64,000 nt of DNA from assembly GCA_003565735.1 (NCBI GenBank), contig PXBB01000140.1:15231-79230 (forward strand), read 5' to 3'. Shown here one piece after another: positions 39,583 to 49,283 of the stretch (position 1 is the stretch's first letter; each line of letters begins with the position of its first letter). The DNA comes from Bacteroidales bacterium. Lineage in GTDB: Bacteria; Bacteroidota; Bacteroidia; Bacteroidales; PXBB01. Position numbers and translations under genes: made by a program. A model generated the notes under the pieces. The model worked only from the letters and a program-made list of their open reading frames with translations, was not told the origin of the DNA and did not search any database.

Positions 39583-40581
39583 TTACCCTAAAATCCGTTT
39601 CAACTCTTTATACACAGCAGGTGATAAACGCTTTATCCTTTGGCCGCACCACCATGAAAAATGCCCCAGACGCGGCTTTATATGCAACATGTACCATTTA
39701 TGCAAGCCCGCATAAGGATAAACCAGCAACATATTATGGGGCTTTATCCCAACTTGTTCAATTTCGGGGAAGTGCTGTGCATTTTTCAAATTATCAACCC
39801 ATATACGGTACATAATATTGTCCTGATGCCAAGGCTTTGAATTACCAATAAAATGTAAAATGACAGCATGATTCTTTTTAACACCTTGTTTATAAACATA
39901 TTCTGGATTATAATAGTTATTGTAATTAGACAATCTTTTCCATTTTTTGTAAAAAAACAAGTTAAAAATGGCTTGTTCAGGATATTTCACCACAGCGTGA
40001 TAGTCTTCAAGCATTTTTAAAGCCTTATGGAACAGCTTCATAGAATTTTTGCGTGGATCAAAAACCATCATCCCTACATTAAAAGATACTTCGTTGAGAT
40101 TGTACTTTTGTTCGAGATATTCCATTTTAGGCCTGAGTTCTGTTCTAAGCTCACTCATATTGAAAAATTGCCCGCGCATACTCAAAAGATCATGGTCCGG
40201 ACTGGCTGCAAAACCCTTTAATTTTGTCAGGTGGTTAATATCTTTGAGCACCATAATATCAGTATCCAGATAAATTAACTTGCGCCACCTTTTCATCATA
40301 GGATGCAACAGATAAAACTTGTGAAATATAACAGGCGGCCAACCATTGATGCTGTTTTTTGTGAGAAGTTCAAAATCATAAACATGAACACCCCTTTCTG
40401 TAAACCATGACAAGTCTGCGTTACTGCAATCGCAAACTAAAAGTACATAATCGCCTTTCCAGTTGCCGTATCGATGTGCGCTATAACAAACCTGTCTGGC
40501 ATAATCCAAATAAGCAGCATCGGCCACCAACACAATGGCATCTTTCTTATCCATATGAGCAACATCAGTTTTTGAAACCAA
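39583..40581 (-). CDS. Glycosyltransferase family 8
   Basis: ADAAY, LIYLDTD, FNVGMM, EQAIFN, ILHFIGNSKPW. Confidence 0.9.
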   Translation of the reverse strand: MVSKTDVAHMDKKDAIVLVADAAYLDYARQVCYSAHRYGNWKGDYVLLVCDCSNADLSWFTERGVHVYDFELLTKNSINGWPPVIFHKFYLLHPMMKRWRKLIYLDTDIMVLKDINHLTKLKGFAASPDHDLLSMRGQFFNMSELRTELRPKMEYLEQKYNLNEVSFNVGMMVFDPRKNSMKLFHKALKMLEDYHAVVKYPEQAIFNLFFYKKWKRLSNYNNYYNPEYVYKQGVKKNHAVILHFIGNSKPWHQDNIMYRIWVDNLKNAQHFPEIEQVGIKPHNMLLVYPYAGLHKWYMLHIKPRLGHFSWWCGQRIKRLSPAVYKELKRILG

Positions 40582-41680
40582 AAATATATAAAAAAACTAC
40601 AACAACTGAATAAGCTAAAAATTTTAACCCCGATATATAGCGAAAAGACCAGTCCGTTTTCTTATCTGTAAAATTCAATCTTTTAAACAAATGTGTTATT
40701 TTTAAAGCACGTATTTTCCCGGCTAAACAAGAAAGATTTATAAAGCTTTTCAAAAAAACAATTTCGAAAAGGTAATATATTTTACTGAAGCCGTGATTTT
40801 TTATCAGCCTTAATGCTTCTATGCCTGTCTCGACAACAAAAACGGCAGCCAAAGCAGCAGGCAAAAAAGCAAATGGAACAATTTTAAATGCAGCCAAAAC
40901 AGAAAGTCCTAACACAAGAATAAGTCCCATTTCAATACTATTGGGAAACTCGTAAAAAGTTTGTTTGGGAGCTCTTTCAAAAAGTTTGCTGTCAGCTTTA
41001 TGCCAGCGCCAAAAACGGCTGTAATCTCTTTTGCCATTATGCCACCATGGATGAAATACAACAGCATCTTTCACACCATATAAGAATCTGTTGGTTTTAT
41101 TGAATAGTTCTAAAAAAAAAGCAAAGTCTTCGCCCCCACCTTTTTTATCAAACGCGCTACTAAAGCGTATTTCTCCGATTGCATTTCTCCTGACAAGGAC
41201 ATTAGATGTGGTTGTACAAATTGCCGCTTTATGGCGAATGGCATATGTAAATGTATCCAACTCATCAGAAAGTTTCAAAACCCAGGTAAAAGTGTTGACA
41301 GGTTCCGGATATACTGTAGGGCCAAAAAAACCACTTGCGTCTTTGTTTTCATCCATAGCTTTTTTGTAAGCATACAACAAATCTTTACATGGTTTGACAT
41401 CATCATCTAAAAACAGTATCCATTCGGCATCAGAATGCTCTATCCCAATATTCCTGCTGCACGAAGCCCCCATATTAGTTGCGTTGCGAAGGAGTAAAGT
41501 GTTTTTTTCGTTCAAAAGCTTTGAGAGAGCCTGTGGTATTTTTTTATGCGGATTGTCAACAATGATAATATAGCGCACACTAAAACCTTCAGGGACATCT
41601 AAATTTAAAATAGGGCATAAATATTTTTCATCTAAGCGGTAAGAAGGCAGTACGACGTCAATTGTCAGCATAGCGTTCAA
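40565..41680 (-). CDS. Glycosyltransferase family 2 with C-terminal membrane segments
   Basis: DVVLPSYR, IIIVDN, GASCSRN, ILFLDDD, GGEDF; hydrophobic C-terminus. Confidence 0.88.
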   Translation of the reverse strand: MNAMLTIDVVLPSYRLDEKYLCPILNLDVPEGFSVRYIIIVDNPHKKIPQALSKLLNEKNTLLLRNATNMGASCSRNIGIEHSDAEWILFLDDDVKPCKDLLYAYKKAMDENKDASGFFGPTVYPEPVNTFTWVLKLSDELDTFTYAIRHKAAICTTTSNVLVRRNAIGEIRFSSAFDKKGGGEDFAFFLELFNKTNRFLYGVKDAVVFHPWWHNGKRDYSRFWRWHKADSKLFERAPKQTFYEFPNSIEMGLILVLGLSVLAAFKIVPFAFLPAALAAVFVVETGIEALRLIKNHGFSKIYYLFEIVFLKSFINLSCLAGKIRALKITHLFKRLNFTDKKTDWSFRYISGLKFLAYSVVVVFLYIFGFKN

Positions 41681-41702
41681 ATGTATGAATATTTACATTT
41701 TA

Positions 41703-43055
41703 TCACATAAATGTACCACTGTAAAAAGAAAGCATCATATGGCTTACTACAAGCTCAAATTGAGCATTTAAGAGCTCTTTTTCGGCATCTATAAATCTGG
41801 ATGCTATTTCCGATAGTTCAAAAACGCCGATGTTGCCCAGATCAAAGTTGCGAGAGGCAAAAGAAAATTCATTGTAAACGCTCTGGTATTTTTTTTGATA
41901 AACATTAAGGAGTTCTATGGCATCATTGTGCCTAATCACAGCATCATTAATCATTCTTTCAATTTCTAACCTAAGCTGAAGTGCGGTCAATTTAGCGCGA
42001 TCGTAGTCTATTTGGGCAACAGCCAGCTGCGTTCTTGTCTGTTGTCGGTTGTAAATAGGGACATTTAGTTTTAAGCCCACATATTGGAAGTTGTTTTCTG
42101 ACAACTGTCCGCCAAAGTCAACTAAGGTATTGTGTGTTGAGGTTTTTGTACCTACATTACCTTCCAGTGAAAGCTTAGGATAAAAAGCAGTACGTGCAAG
42201 GTTCAAGTTATTTTCTGCATATTTTATATATGATTGACCCAATTTTAAGTGGGGATAAAATTCTGTTGCGGCTTCAAGCACAGTTTCAAACTGTACGGCA
42301 TTTGTATTATTCAAGATGATATCAAAAGATAGTGTTTCAATATCAAAACCGCTATTCTGATGCAATCCTAAAAGTTGCGACATATAAAAAAGTTGCCTTT
42401 GAATACGGCTTTCTGCTTTCATAATATCAGCCTGATCTCTGGCACTCATATATTCAAAAACGAGCAAGTCGCGCCTATGAATCAAACCAGCATCGACGCT
42501 GGCTTTTATAAATGTCATTTTTTGCTCTATTGTCTGCTTTCGTTGGTTAATCAAATCTACTTTATGCCTTAGAAAAGCTATATGATAGTACCCTTGAATA
42601 ATATTAAGCAGCAGTTCGTTTCTTCTTTTTTCATATTGCCATTCGTTTATATCAACCTGATTTTTGTACAATTGACGGTAATATCTGTTATGGAAATTAT
42701 TAAAAATAAGCACCTCCGAACGCAGATGGAAAATATTAACGTAGTTATTACCAAAATCAAGAATATTGGTGGTGGGGTCAATAAACATGCCGGTATGGTT
42801 GCCGGATAACACTTGAAAATCTAAAGAGGGGTAGTAACTATAAGCTGTGGCTTCATATTTAATATCCGACTGATTTACACGCATTTCGAGATTCTGAAGC
42901 TCAGGGTTATTATTTATGGCATGATGCAAGCATGAATCAAGAGACCACTTTTGGGCCTTCACACTATGACTCAAGCAAAAAAAAGCACACACACATAAAA
43001 GTTTTAAGTACAATAACCACATTTTGAAATATTTTAAGAAATTAATCTTCATCAA
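41703..43055 (-). CDS. TolC family outer-membrane efflux protein
   Basis: Signal peptide; WSLDSCLHHAINNNPEL, YYPSLD, ARTAFYPKLSL, LNVPIYN; twofold repeat architecture. Confidence 0.92.
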   Translation of the reverse strand: MMKINFLKYFKMWLLYLKLLCVCAFFCLSHSVKAQKWSLDSCLHHAINNNPELQNLEMRVNQSDIKYEATAYSYYPSLDFQVLSGNHTGMFIDPTTNILDFGNNYVNIFHLRSEVLIFNNFHNRYYRQLYKNQVDINEWQYEKRRNELLLNIIQGYYHIAFLRHKVDLINQRKQTIEQKMTFIKASVDAGLIHRRDLLVFEYMSARDQADIMKAESRIQRQLFYMSQLLGLHQNSGFDIETLSFDIILNNTNAVQFETVLEAATEFYPHLKLGQSYIKYAENNLNLARTAFYPKLSLEGNVGTKTSTHNTLVDFGGQLSENNFQYVGLKLNVPIYNRQQTRTQLAVAQIDYDRAKLTALQLRLEIERMINDAVIRHNDAIELLNVYQKKYQSVYNEFSFASRNFDLGNIGVFELSEIASRFIDAEKELLNAQFELVVSHMMLSFYSGTFM

Positions 43056-43716
43056 AAAACAAGTTTACCTGTTTGACCCCTTCTTGTCTTTTCAGGTGAG
43101 CAACCAGTTGACGCCCTTTATCTTCTTTTCTTAAGTTGATGTAATAAGAGAGTTCCATAGTTTCATTTTCATCTTCACCCAATGTTTTAACATTGATAAC
43201 CTTATGTTTCTTGCAGTACTTTTGCATTAAACTATCAAAAGGGTTGTCCGGCATGTTATGACTATTGACAATAATTTGCAGCAGGAATTCTCTGCTTTTG
43301 GGAACTGTGAAAGCAAATTTATTAATAATCAAGAACAAGCCCCCCACAAACAAGGTTCCAAAAACAGCTACAGAGTAGAGTTTAACACCGGCAGCCAAAC
43401 CTATTGAAAGCGCAAAAAAGATAAACATTATATCAGTAGCATCCTTCACAGCAGTACGAAAACGGATAATAGACATGGCGCCAACCATGCCAAATGCCCG
43501 TGCCAAATTATTTCCTATTACCATAATAACAATAGCTGTTATCATAGTAAGCATAACGAGCGAAATATTAAACGCTGACGAATAATTCAGTCCTTTATAA
43601 GTCCATCGGTAAATTAAGGCTATAATAACACCACACAACATTGCAACAAAGACATTACCAACAACGTCTTTGAGTGTAATATTAAAAACAAAAATATTCT
43701 GAAAATCTGTTATCAT
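43042..43716 (-). CDS. DUF4956 membrane protein
   Basis: IVIMVIGNNLARAFGMVGAMSIIRFRTAVKD...FIFFALSIGLAAG plus a small C-terminal soluble domain; ATG at 43716 preferred. Confidence 0.9.
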   Translation of the reverse strand: MITDFQNIFVFNITLKDVVGNVFVAMLCGVIIALIYRWTYKGLNYSSAFNISLVMLTMITAIVIMVIGNNLARAFGMVGAMSIIRFRTAVKDATDIMFIFFALSIGLAAGVKLYSVAVFGTLFVGGLFLIINKFAFTVPKSREFLLQIIVNSHNMPDNPFDSLMQKYCKKHKVINVKTLGEDENETMELSYYINLRKEDKGRQLVAHLKRQEGVKQVNLFFDED

Positions 43717-43733
43717 GTATATAATCTTTAAAA

Positions 43734-44486
43734 TCAATATATTTGAAGAACTCTATCTTTATTTACATCTATTCCAATAGTGTATTTTGACAAAGCATCA
43801 TGACGCAAACGAAATTCTTTGACAATACCATGAGCCCATTCAGGCATGGTATCTCTGTAATACTTAATTTCAAGGATAAAATGTCCTTTAAAAAGATACT
43901 TTAAATTATTGTTGCTAAACACATCATTTATTTTGGGATACAAACGGCTTCTGATATTTTTATCCAATGTTATGCGGGTGTCCGGGTCAAATTTACCATG
44001 GTAGGCCTCTCTTTCATATACCACATGCACCGTAGGATAAAAGTTGTATTTTATATAGTGGTAAAAGAATCGTTTGGCACTGTCAACACTGGTTTCATAA
44101 CGCCTGTCTTTGAGGGCATACTTCTCCACGTCATAAGTATCGAATATGTCATCGATATCATCATAACACATAAATGCCCTATATTTTTTTATACGGTTTT
44201 CAATTTTTCTTTTAATTTCAAAAACTACTTTAGCATGTGGCTCATAAGAATCGTAAGACCTTATCCTGAATTTTCTTCTGAACATAATACCATCACCCTT
44301 TTCGTAATAACAACCCAACGCACTGTTATCGAAATATATACTTCTTACGGTATATTGAGGATTTCCTTCAGTATCAGGTGCTGTAAATATATCAGGGCGC
44401 ACAAAACCACTAAGACGCTTTCGAATGGCATCTAAAAAATAATTGGGAACCAGATATTTTCTTTCGTATCTTAGCTTAATTCTCAT
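43734..44486 (-). CDS. VTC (polyphosphate polymerase / TTM tunnel) domain protein
   Basis: RYERKY, YTVRSIYFD, RRKFRIRSY, FEIKRK, YEREAY, RITLD, ILEIKY, SKY. Confidence 0.9.
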   Translation of the reverse strand: MRIKLRYERKYLVPNYFLDAIRKRLSGFVRPDIFTAPDTEGNPQYTVRSIYFDNSALGCYYEKGDGIMFRRKFRIRSYDSYEPHAKVVFEIKRKIENRIKKYRAFMCYDDIDDIFDTYDVEKYALKDRRYETSVDSAKRFFYHYIKYNFYPTVHVVYEREAYHGKFDPDTRITLDKNIRSRLYPKINDVFSNNNLKYLFKGHFILEIKYYRDTMPEWAHGIVKEFRLRHDALSKYTIGIDVNKDRVLQIY

Positions 44487-45555
44487 AAATGGTTTGTATT
44501 GCCCTTTTCAAATATTCTTTTACACTCACTTTATCACACCTTATTCTACTTTCTACCATCATATTGGTAAGCAGCTTATCGGTACTGTTATCTATGAGGG
44601 CTGTAATAAATATGCTTTGTCTTCTGTTTAGCATTTGAACGGTATTATCTACCGACACAATATGCCCCTGCAAGTGACTACCCAGCGCATTAAAACCCAA
44701 GTCCACCTGTTGCCCATAGTCAATATATTGAGTTTCATAAAAATTAACCGGCATCACTACAAGCATTTGGGACATATCTGCTATTTTTATTATGTGATCA
44801 TCATCTGAGTTGCCTCCTTTTTGCCTGAGAATTTGACCACTTATTGGTGAACGTATCACATAACTGTCTATACGGCTTTGCAGCTGCTCTATATGCGCTT
44901 CGAGGGTATTGATACGGCTTTTAATATAGCTTATCTCTTCTTCTTTAGAACCGGTAGTAAGTGCTTGCAGGTGTGAACGGGCAATATCAAGGTTATACTG
45001 CTTAACGTGAAGCGCATTAAGCGCCAATTCATAATCTTTTGGTGCTATTAAAGTGTCTTTATGCAGCATGTCAATTCTGTCAAAAATCTTTTGCTGTGTT
45101 TTGAGTTCTTGCTTGGCAAGTGCTACCTTATCACGTGCCAGCTTTATTTCTTCGGGCTTTTGACCTGTGGCATACACTTGAAGTAAATAGTTTTGTTCGT
45201 TTAACTCTCCTTTTAAGGCAATCAGCTTACGCTGCAACTCATTAGAGTTTACATAACCAATGGTGTCCCCTTTTCGAATAAAGTTGTGCTTGTTGATATT
45301 TTTTTTAATCTGAAAACCTGCGGCATCTCCACGCTGAAACTCATTAATAGAAAAGCTATTTATAGAATTGGTTAGATTATTTTTATGAACGCTTAACAAA
45401 TTGCCATCTCCTACTTTGGTCAGTGTCCATTCTTCAAGGGGCATTACTATTCCATGGGACCTTATGGTATAAGGCACCTCAATATAAAAGATTAAAACTA
45501 TAGCAAGTAATAATACAGTTGATAAAACGGCTGTTACAATTTTTTTTGGGCGCAT
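44476..45555 (-). CDS. HlyD family membrane-fusion (periplasmic adaptor) protein
   Basis: Single N-terminal TM, IRKGDTIG lipoyl half, long coiled coil, IRSPISG second half, beta-barrel domain; promoter TATTTTTG on minus at 45609-45602. Confidence 0.85.
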   Translation of the reverse strand: MRPKKIVTAVLSTVLLLAIVLIFYIEVPYTIRSHGIVMPLEEWTLTKVGDGNLLSVHKNNLTNSINSFSINEFQRGDAAGFQIKKNINKHNFIRKGDTIGYVNSNELQRKLIALKGELNEQNYLLQVYATGQKPEEIKLARDKVALAKQELKTQQKIFDRIDMLHKDTLIAPKDYELALNALHVKQYNLDIARSHLQALTTGSKEEEISYIKSRINTLEAHIEQLQSRIDSYVIRSPISGQILRQKGGNSDDDHIIKIADMSQMLVVMPVNFYETQYIDYGQQVDLGFNALGSHLQGHIVSVDNTVQMLNRRQSIFITALIDNSTDKLLTNMMVESRIRCDKVSVKEYLKRAIQTIYEN

Positions 45556-45754
45556 TACTTTTATCCTATCTTTTGAACTTCGGGCAAAAAGGTTAGTTTT
45601 GCAAAAATAATCTTTTTAAAGATACACACAAAAAGAAATCTAACAGTTGTTATGCCTTGGGATATTTTTTTCATTATAAAATATGCAATAATTACTGATT
45701 ATACTATGTTTTAAAATAAGGATATCATTTATAAATACCGACGCAAAAAGAAAA

Positions 45755-48046
45755 ATGTTTCAGTTAATTATTAAATTTTTCGCACTACTATTGATTTTAA
45801 ACTCTACCACAACACATGCTCAAAAAGTGGGGCTGGTATTAAGTGGAGGTGGTGCTCGTGTTTTGGCTCATGTAGGTGTAATAAAAGCCCTCGAAGAACA
45901 TGACATACCCATAGATTACATCACCGGCACCTCAGCAGGTGCTATTGTCGGTTCGTTGTACGCTATGGGTCTTTCTCCCGAAGAAATTGCTGAATTTATG
46001 CTTTCTGAGGAGTTAGAAAGAAGTGCCCGAGGCATCATAGACGATTCTTATGCCTTCTACTTCAACAAGCCCGAGCCTGATGCAGCATGGTTTAGGTTTC
46101 GCTTTAATGTTGATTCTATTTGGGATCCGGCGCTACCAACAAGTCTTATTTCACCTTACGTTATGGATTTTATTACCATGCGCACATTGGCAGGTGGTAA
46201 TGCTGTTTCAGGCAATAACTTCGACAGCCTTTTTATTCCGTTCAGGTGTGTAGCGGCAGACATAGCACAGAACACCCAGGTCATTTTTAAAGATGGGGAT
46301 TTGCCCTCAGCTGTTAGGGCTTCTATGACATACCCCCTGTTATTTAAGCCTATCATAATTGATGATATGCTTTTGTTTGATGGCGGCTTGTATAATAACT
46401 TCCCGGCAGATGTCATGCAAAACGAGTTTGCTCCGGATTTTTCCATCGGCAGCAACGTAAGTGCTGTTAAGCCCCTTCCTAAGCAAGACGATATCATGTC
46501 ACACATCATCAATATGGTCACAACCAAAACCAATTTTGAAATGTTTTGCCAGGATGGTGTTTTAATAAACCACGAAAACTTACCAAATGTAGGCATAACA
46601 GATTTTTCGAAAAGTGCTGCCATAATTGATATCGGGTACCAAAACACTTTAAAATACGTAGAAGAGATATTGCAAAAAACTGATAGAAGAATCAGTCAAG
46701 AGGAGTTAAATAAAAGACGTAAAGCCTTTCGCGAGAAAATTCCGCCTTTGATTTTTGACGATATTCAAATAGACGGTTTAAATAAAAACCAAATGTTTTA
46801 TGTAAAGAGTTATTTAAAACTAAAAAAGGAACCGATATCAGTAGATGATCTTGAACCTATGTATTACAAGCTGGCGGATAATGAACGTATCAGCAATATA
46901 TACCCTAAAGCTATTTTTAATGAAGAAACCCAACATTACACACTGCATCTGGAGGTCAAAGAAGAGTCTCGGTTTTCGGCAGCCATAGGTGGGTTAATAT
47001 CATCACGACCGCTCAACAGTGGTTTTTTTGAATTGGCTTACCACAATTTAGACAGGCACCCCCATAATGTTAAGCTAAACTCCTACATAGGACGATTTTA
47101 CTCATCATTGCAATTGAGTTCGCGCTTTGATTTGTTTTACCCATGGCCTATCTATTTCAGCCCGCATTTTACAGTTAACCAATGGGACTATTTTAAGTCG
47201 CAAACATTCTTTTTCGAGGACATACGCCCCTCTTATATCATTATGAATGAAACAAACTGGGGGCTTGATATTGGCATTGCTGCCGGCAACAAAGCTAAAG
47301 TCGTTATTGATGGCAGAATGGGAAACTCACGCGATCGTTATTACCATACCAATAAGTTTTCCCGCCTTGATGTACCGGATATTTCCCGTCTCAGCTTTAA
47401 CACCCTGAGTATAAAATATGAAAAAAACAGCCTTAACAGGCTTCAATATTATAATAAAGGTCATTTTTTTGAATCTTCAATTCGCTATGTAAGTGCCATT
47501 GAGGAAAATATTCCGGGGACCACTTCGCCCGACAAAGATGTTTACTCAAAAGATCATGAATGGTTCCAACTGTATTTAAAATATGAAAACTTCTTTTATT
47601 CGAAAAACAACTTACATATTGGTTTTCTTTCTGAGTTATTTTTGTCGAACAGAAAACTTATGAACAATTACACGTCAACATTACTTTCTGCACCGGCTTT
47701 TTCTCCCATACCCGAAGCGCAAACATTATTTTTGCCACGCTTCAGGGCTTTCAACTATGTTGCAGGTGGAATGCGCGTTGTGTACAACTTTATTGATAAT
47801 TTTGACCTGCGACTCGAAAACTATATCTTCCAACCCTACGAAAGGATTCTTAAAAATGACGACTATACTGCGCGTTTTTCCGAACCTTTTGATAAAAGAT
47901 ATTATATGTCATCGGTAGCAGTGGTTTACAACAGCCCTTTCGGGCCGGTCAGTATGAGTCTCAATCATTATGACAGAAATGAGGATGAATTCAGCTTTCT
48001 TTTTAATATTGGTTATATATTTTTCAACAGAAAAGGCATAAGGTAA
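45755..48046 (+). CDS. Patatin-like phospholipase with POTRA-like region and C-terminal beta-barrel (PlpD-like)
   Basis: LVLSGGGAR, GTSAG, DGG; barrel C-terminus SPFGPV...FNIGYIF. Confidence 0.88.
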   Translation: MFQLIIKFFALLLILNSTTTHAQKVGLVLSGGGARVLAHVGVIKALEEHDIPIDYITGTSAGAIVGSLYAMGLSPEEIAEFMLSEELERSARGIIDDSYAFYFNKPEPDAAWFRFRFNVDSIWDPALPTSLISPYVMDFITMRTLAGGNAVSGNNFDSLFIPFRCVAADIAQNTQVIFKDGDLPSAVRASMTYPLLFKPIIIDDMLLFDGGLYNNFPADVMQNEFAPDFSIGSNVSAVKPLPKQDDIMSHIINMVTTKTNFEMFCQDGVLINHENLPNVGITDFSKSAAIIDIGYQNTLKYVEEILQKTDRRISQEELNKRRKAFREKIPPLIFDDIQIDGLNKNQMFYVKSYLKLKKEPISVDDLEPMYYKLADNERISNIYPKAIFNEETQHYTLHLEVKEESRFSAAIGGLISSRPLNSGFFELAYHNLDRHPHNVKLNSYIGRFYSSLQLSSRFDLFYPWPIYFSPHFTVNQWDYFKSQTFFFEDIRPSYIIMNETNWGLDIGIAAGNKAKVVIDGRMGNSRDRYYHTNKFSRLDVPDISRLSFNTLSIKYEKNSLNRLQYYNKGHFFESSIRYVSAIEENIPGTTSPDKDVYSKDHEWFQLYLKYENFFYSKNNLHIGFLSELFLSNRKLMNNYTSTLLSAPAFSPIPEAQTLFLPRFRAFNYVAGGMRVVYNFIDNFDLRLENYIFQPYERILKNDDYTARFSEPFDKRYYMSSVAVVYNSPFGPVSMSLNHYDRNEDEFSFLFNIGYIFFNRKGIR

Positions 48047-48080
48047 CTTATTAAGTTTAATATTTTAATACATCAGAGAA

Positions 48081-48842
48081 ATGTCAAAAACAGTTTTTAT
48101 TACAGGAGCTACAAGTGGTATTGGAAAAGCTACAGCTTATGCTTTGGCGGAAGAAGGTTACAATTTGATACTTAATGGGCGAAGACAAGAAAAACTACAT
48201 GCTTTACAAGAAGAAATTTCTAAACAGTACCAAGTAAAAGTTGAAGTTTTATGCTTCGACGTTTCTGATAAAGCCTCTGTTATCAAAGGTCTAAAGAAGG
48301 CTGCTTTGTTTTCAGACAAGATAGATATACTTATTAATAATGCCGGCTTAGCTTTAGAGTTGTTGCCTATTGATGAAGGTTTTATTGATGACTGGGAGGT
48401 TATGATTAACACTAATGTGAAAGGCTTGTTATATGTCACCAAATATACCCTGCCACTAATGCTTAACAGCCCCAACCCGCATATCATAAATATTGGTTCA
48501 ATAGCTGGTAAAGAAACTTACCCGAAAGGCAATATATACTGTGCGACAAAACATGCTGTTGAAAGTTTAAGCAAAGCTATGAGGATGGATTTGCTCAAAC
48601 ACAACATAAAAGTAAGCCAGGTTTGTCCGGGAGCTACAGAAACAGAGTTTTCGGAAGTGCGGTTCAAAAACGACAAGGAAAAAGCAAAGAATGTTTATAA
48701 TGGCTTTAATCCCTTAAAAGGAGAGGACATTGCCCATATTATACGCTTTATTATTAAGCTACCTGCGCATGTCAACGTCAACGATATACTCATTATGCCG
48801 ACACAGCAGGCCAGTGCTACCTTATTCAACAGGGAGGTTTAA
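48081..48842 (+). CDS. SDR family oxidoreductase (YdfG-like)
   Basis: TGATSGIG, NNAG, YCATK. Confidence 0.92.
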   Translation: MSKTVFITGATSGIGKATAYALAEEGYNLILNGRRQEKLHALQEEISKQYQVKVEVLCFDVSDKASVIKGLKKAALFSDKIDILINNAGLALELLPIDEGFIDDWEVMINTNVKGLLYVTKYTLPLMLNSPNPHIINIGSIAGKETYPKGNIYCATKHAVESLSKAMRMDLLKHNIKVSQVCPGATETEFSEVRFKNDKEKAKNVYNGFNPLKGEDIAHIIRFIIKLPAHVNVNDILIMPTQQASATLFNREV

Positions 48843-49280
48843 CCTGGGATACTTAATATTATCGCGCACGATAAACGCATTTGAGTAATTAGATTGTATT
48901 TGGTTAAGAAATTTACGTGCCTCTAAACGGGTGCGAAAATCTCCAACTCTGACTTTATAGTATGGCGTTTCAAAAGTTATATATACATCCACATCGGGGT
49001 ACCTGCTTAAAAAGCTGGCTCTTGCCTTGTTAGCATTTCTCTGGGAATTATTACCCGAATCAAAAAAAATCTGAACCCTGAAGCCATCAATACTTTCTTC
49101 GTAAGCACTGATATCTTTATGTTTTTCCAACAATAAATCAAGTCGGCTGTCCTTATGAACTGTTAGACTTCCTTGTTGCTGCGCAAATAATGAGCCGGAA
49201 AAACATAATAAAAATAATAAAATAAAGTCCTTAAATCGTTTTCTGAAAACTAACATATGTTTTACTAATAAAAATTTCAA
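48822..49280 (-). CDS. SPOR domain protein
   Basis: GFRVQIF, YKVRVGDFRTRLEA, AFIV. Confidence 0.88.
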   Translation of the reverse strand: MKFLLVKHMLVFRKRFKDFILLFLLCFSGSLFAQQQGSLTVHKDSRLDLLLEKHKDISAYEESIDGFRVQIFFDSGNNSQRNANKARASFLSRYPDVDVYITFETPYYKVRVGDFRTRLEARKFLNQIQSNYSNAFIVRDNIKYPRLNLPVE

Positions 49281-49283
49281 TAA

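Noticed and set aside
45755-48046. Patatin oxyanion motif reads GGGARV instead of GGGAxG
   Set aside because: Single substitution with catalytic GTSAG and DGG intact; not enough to claim altered function.
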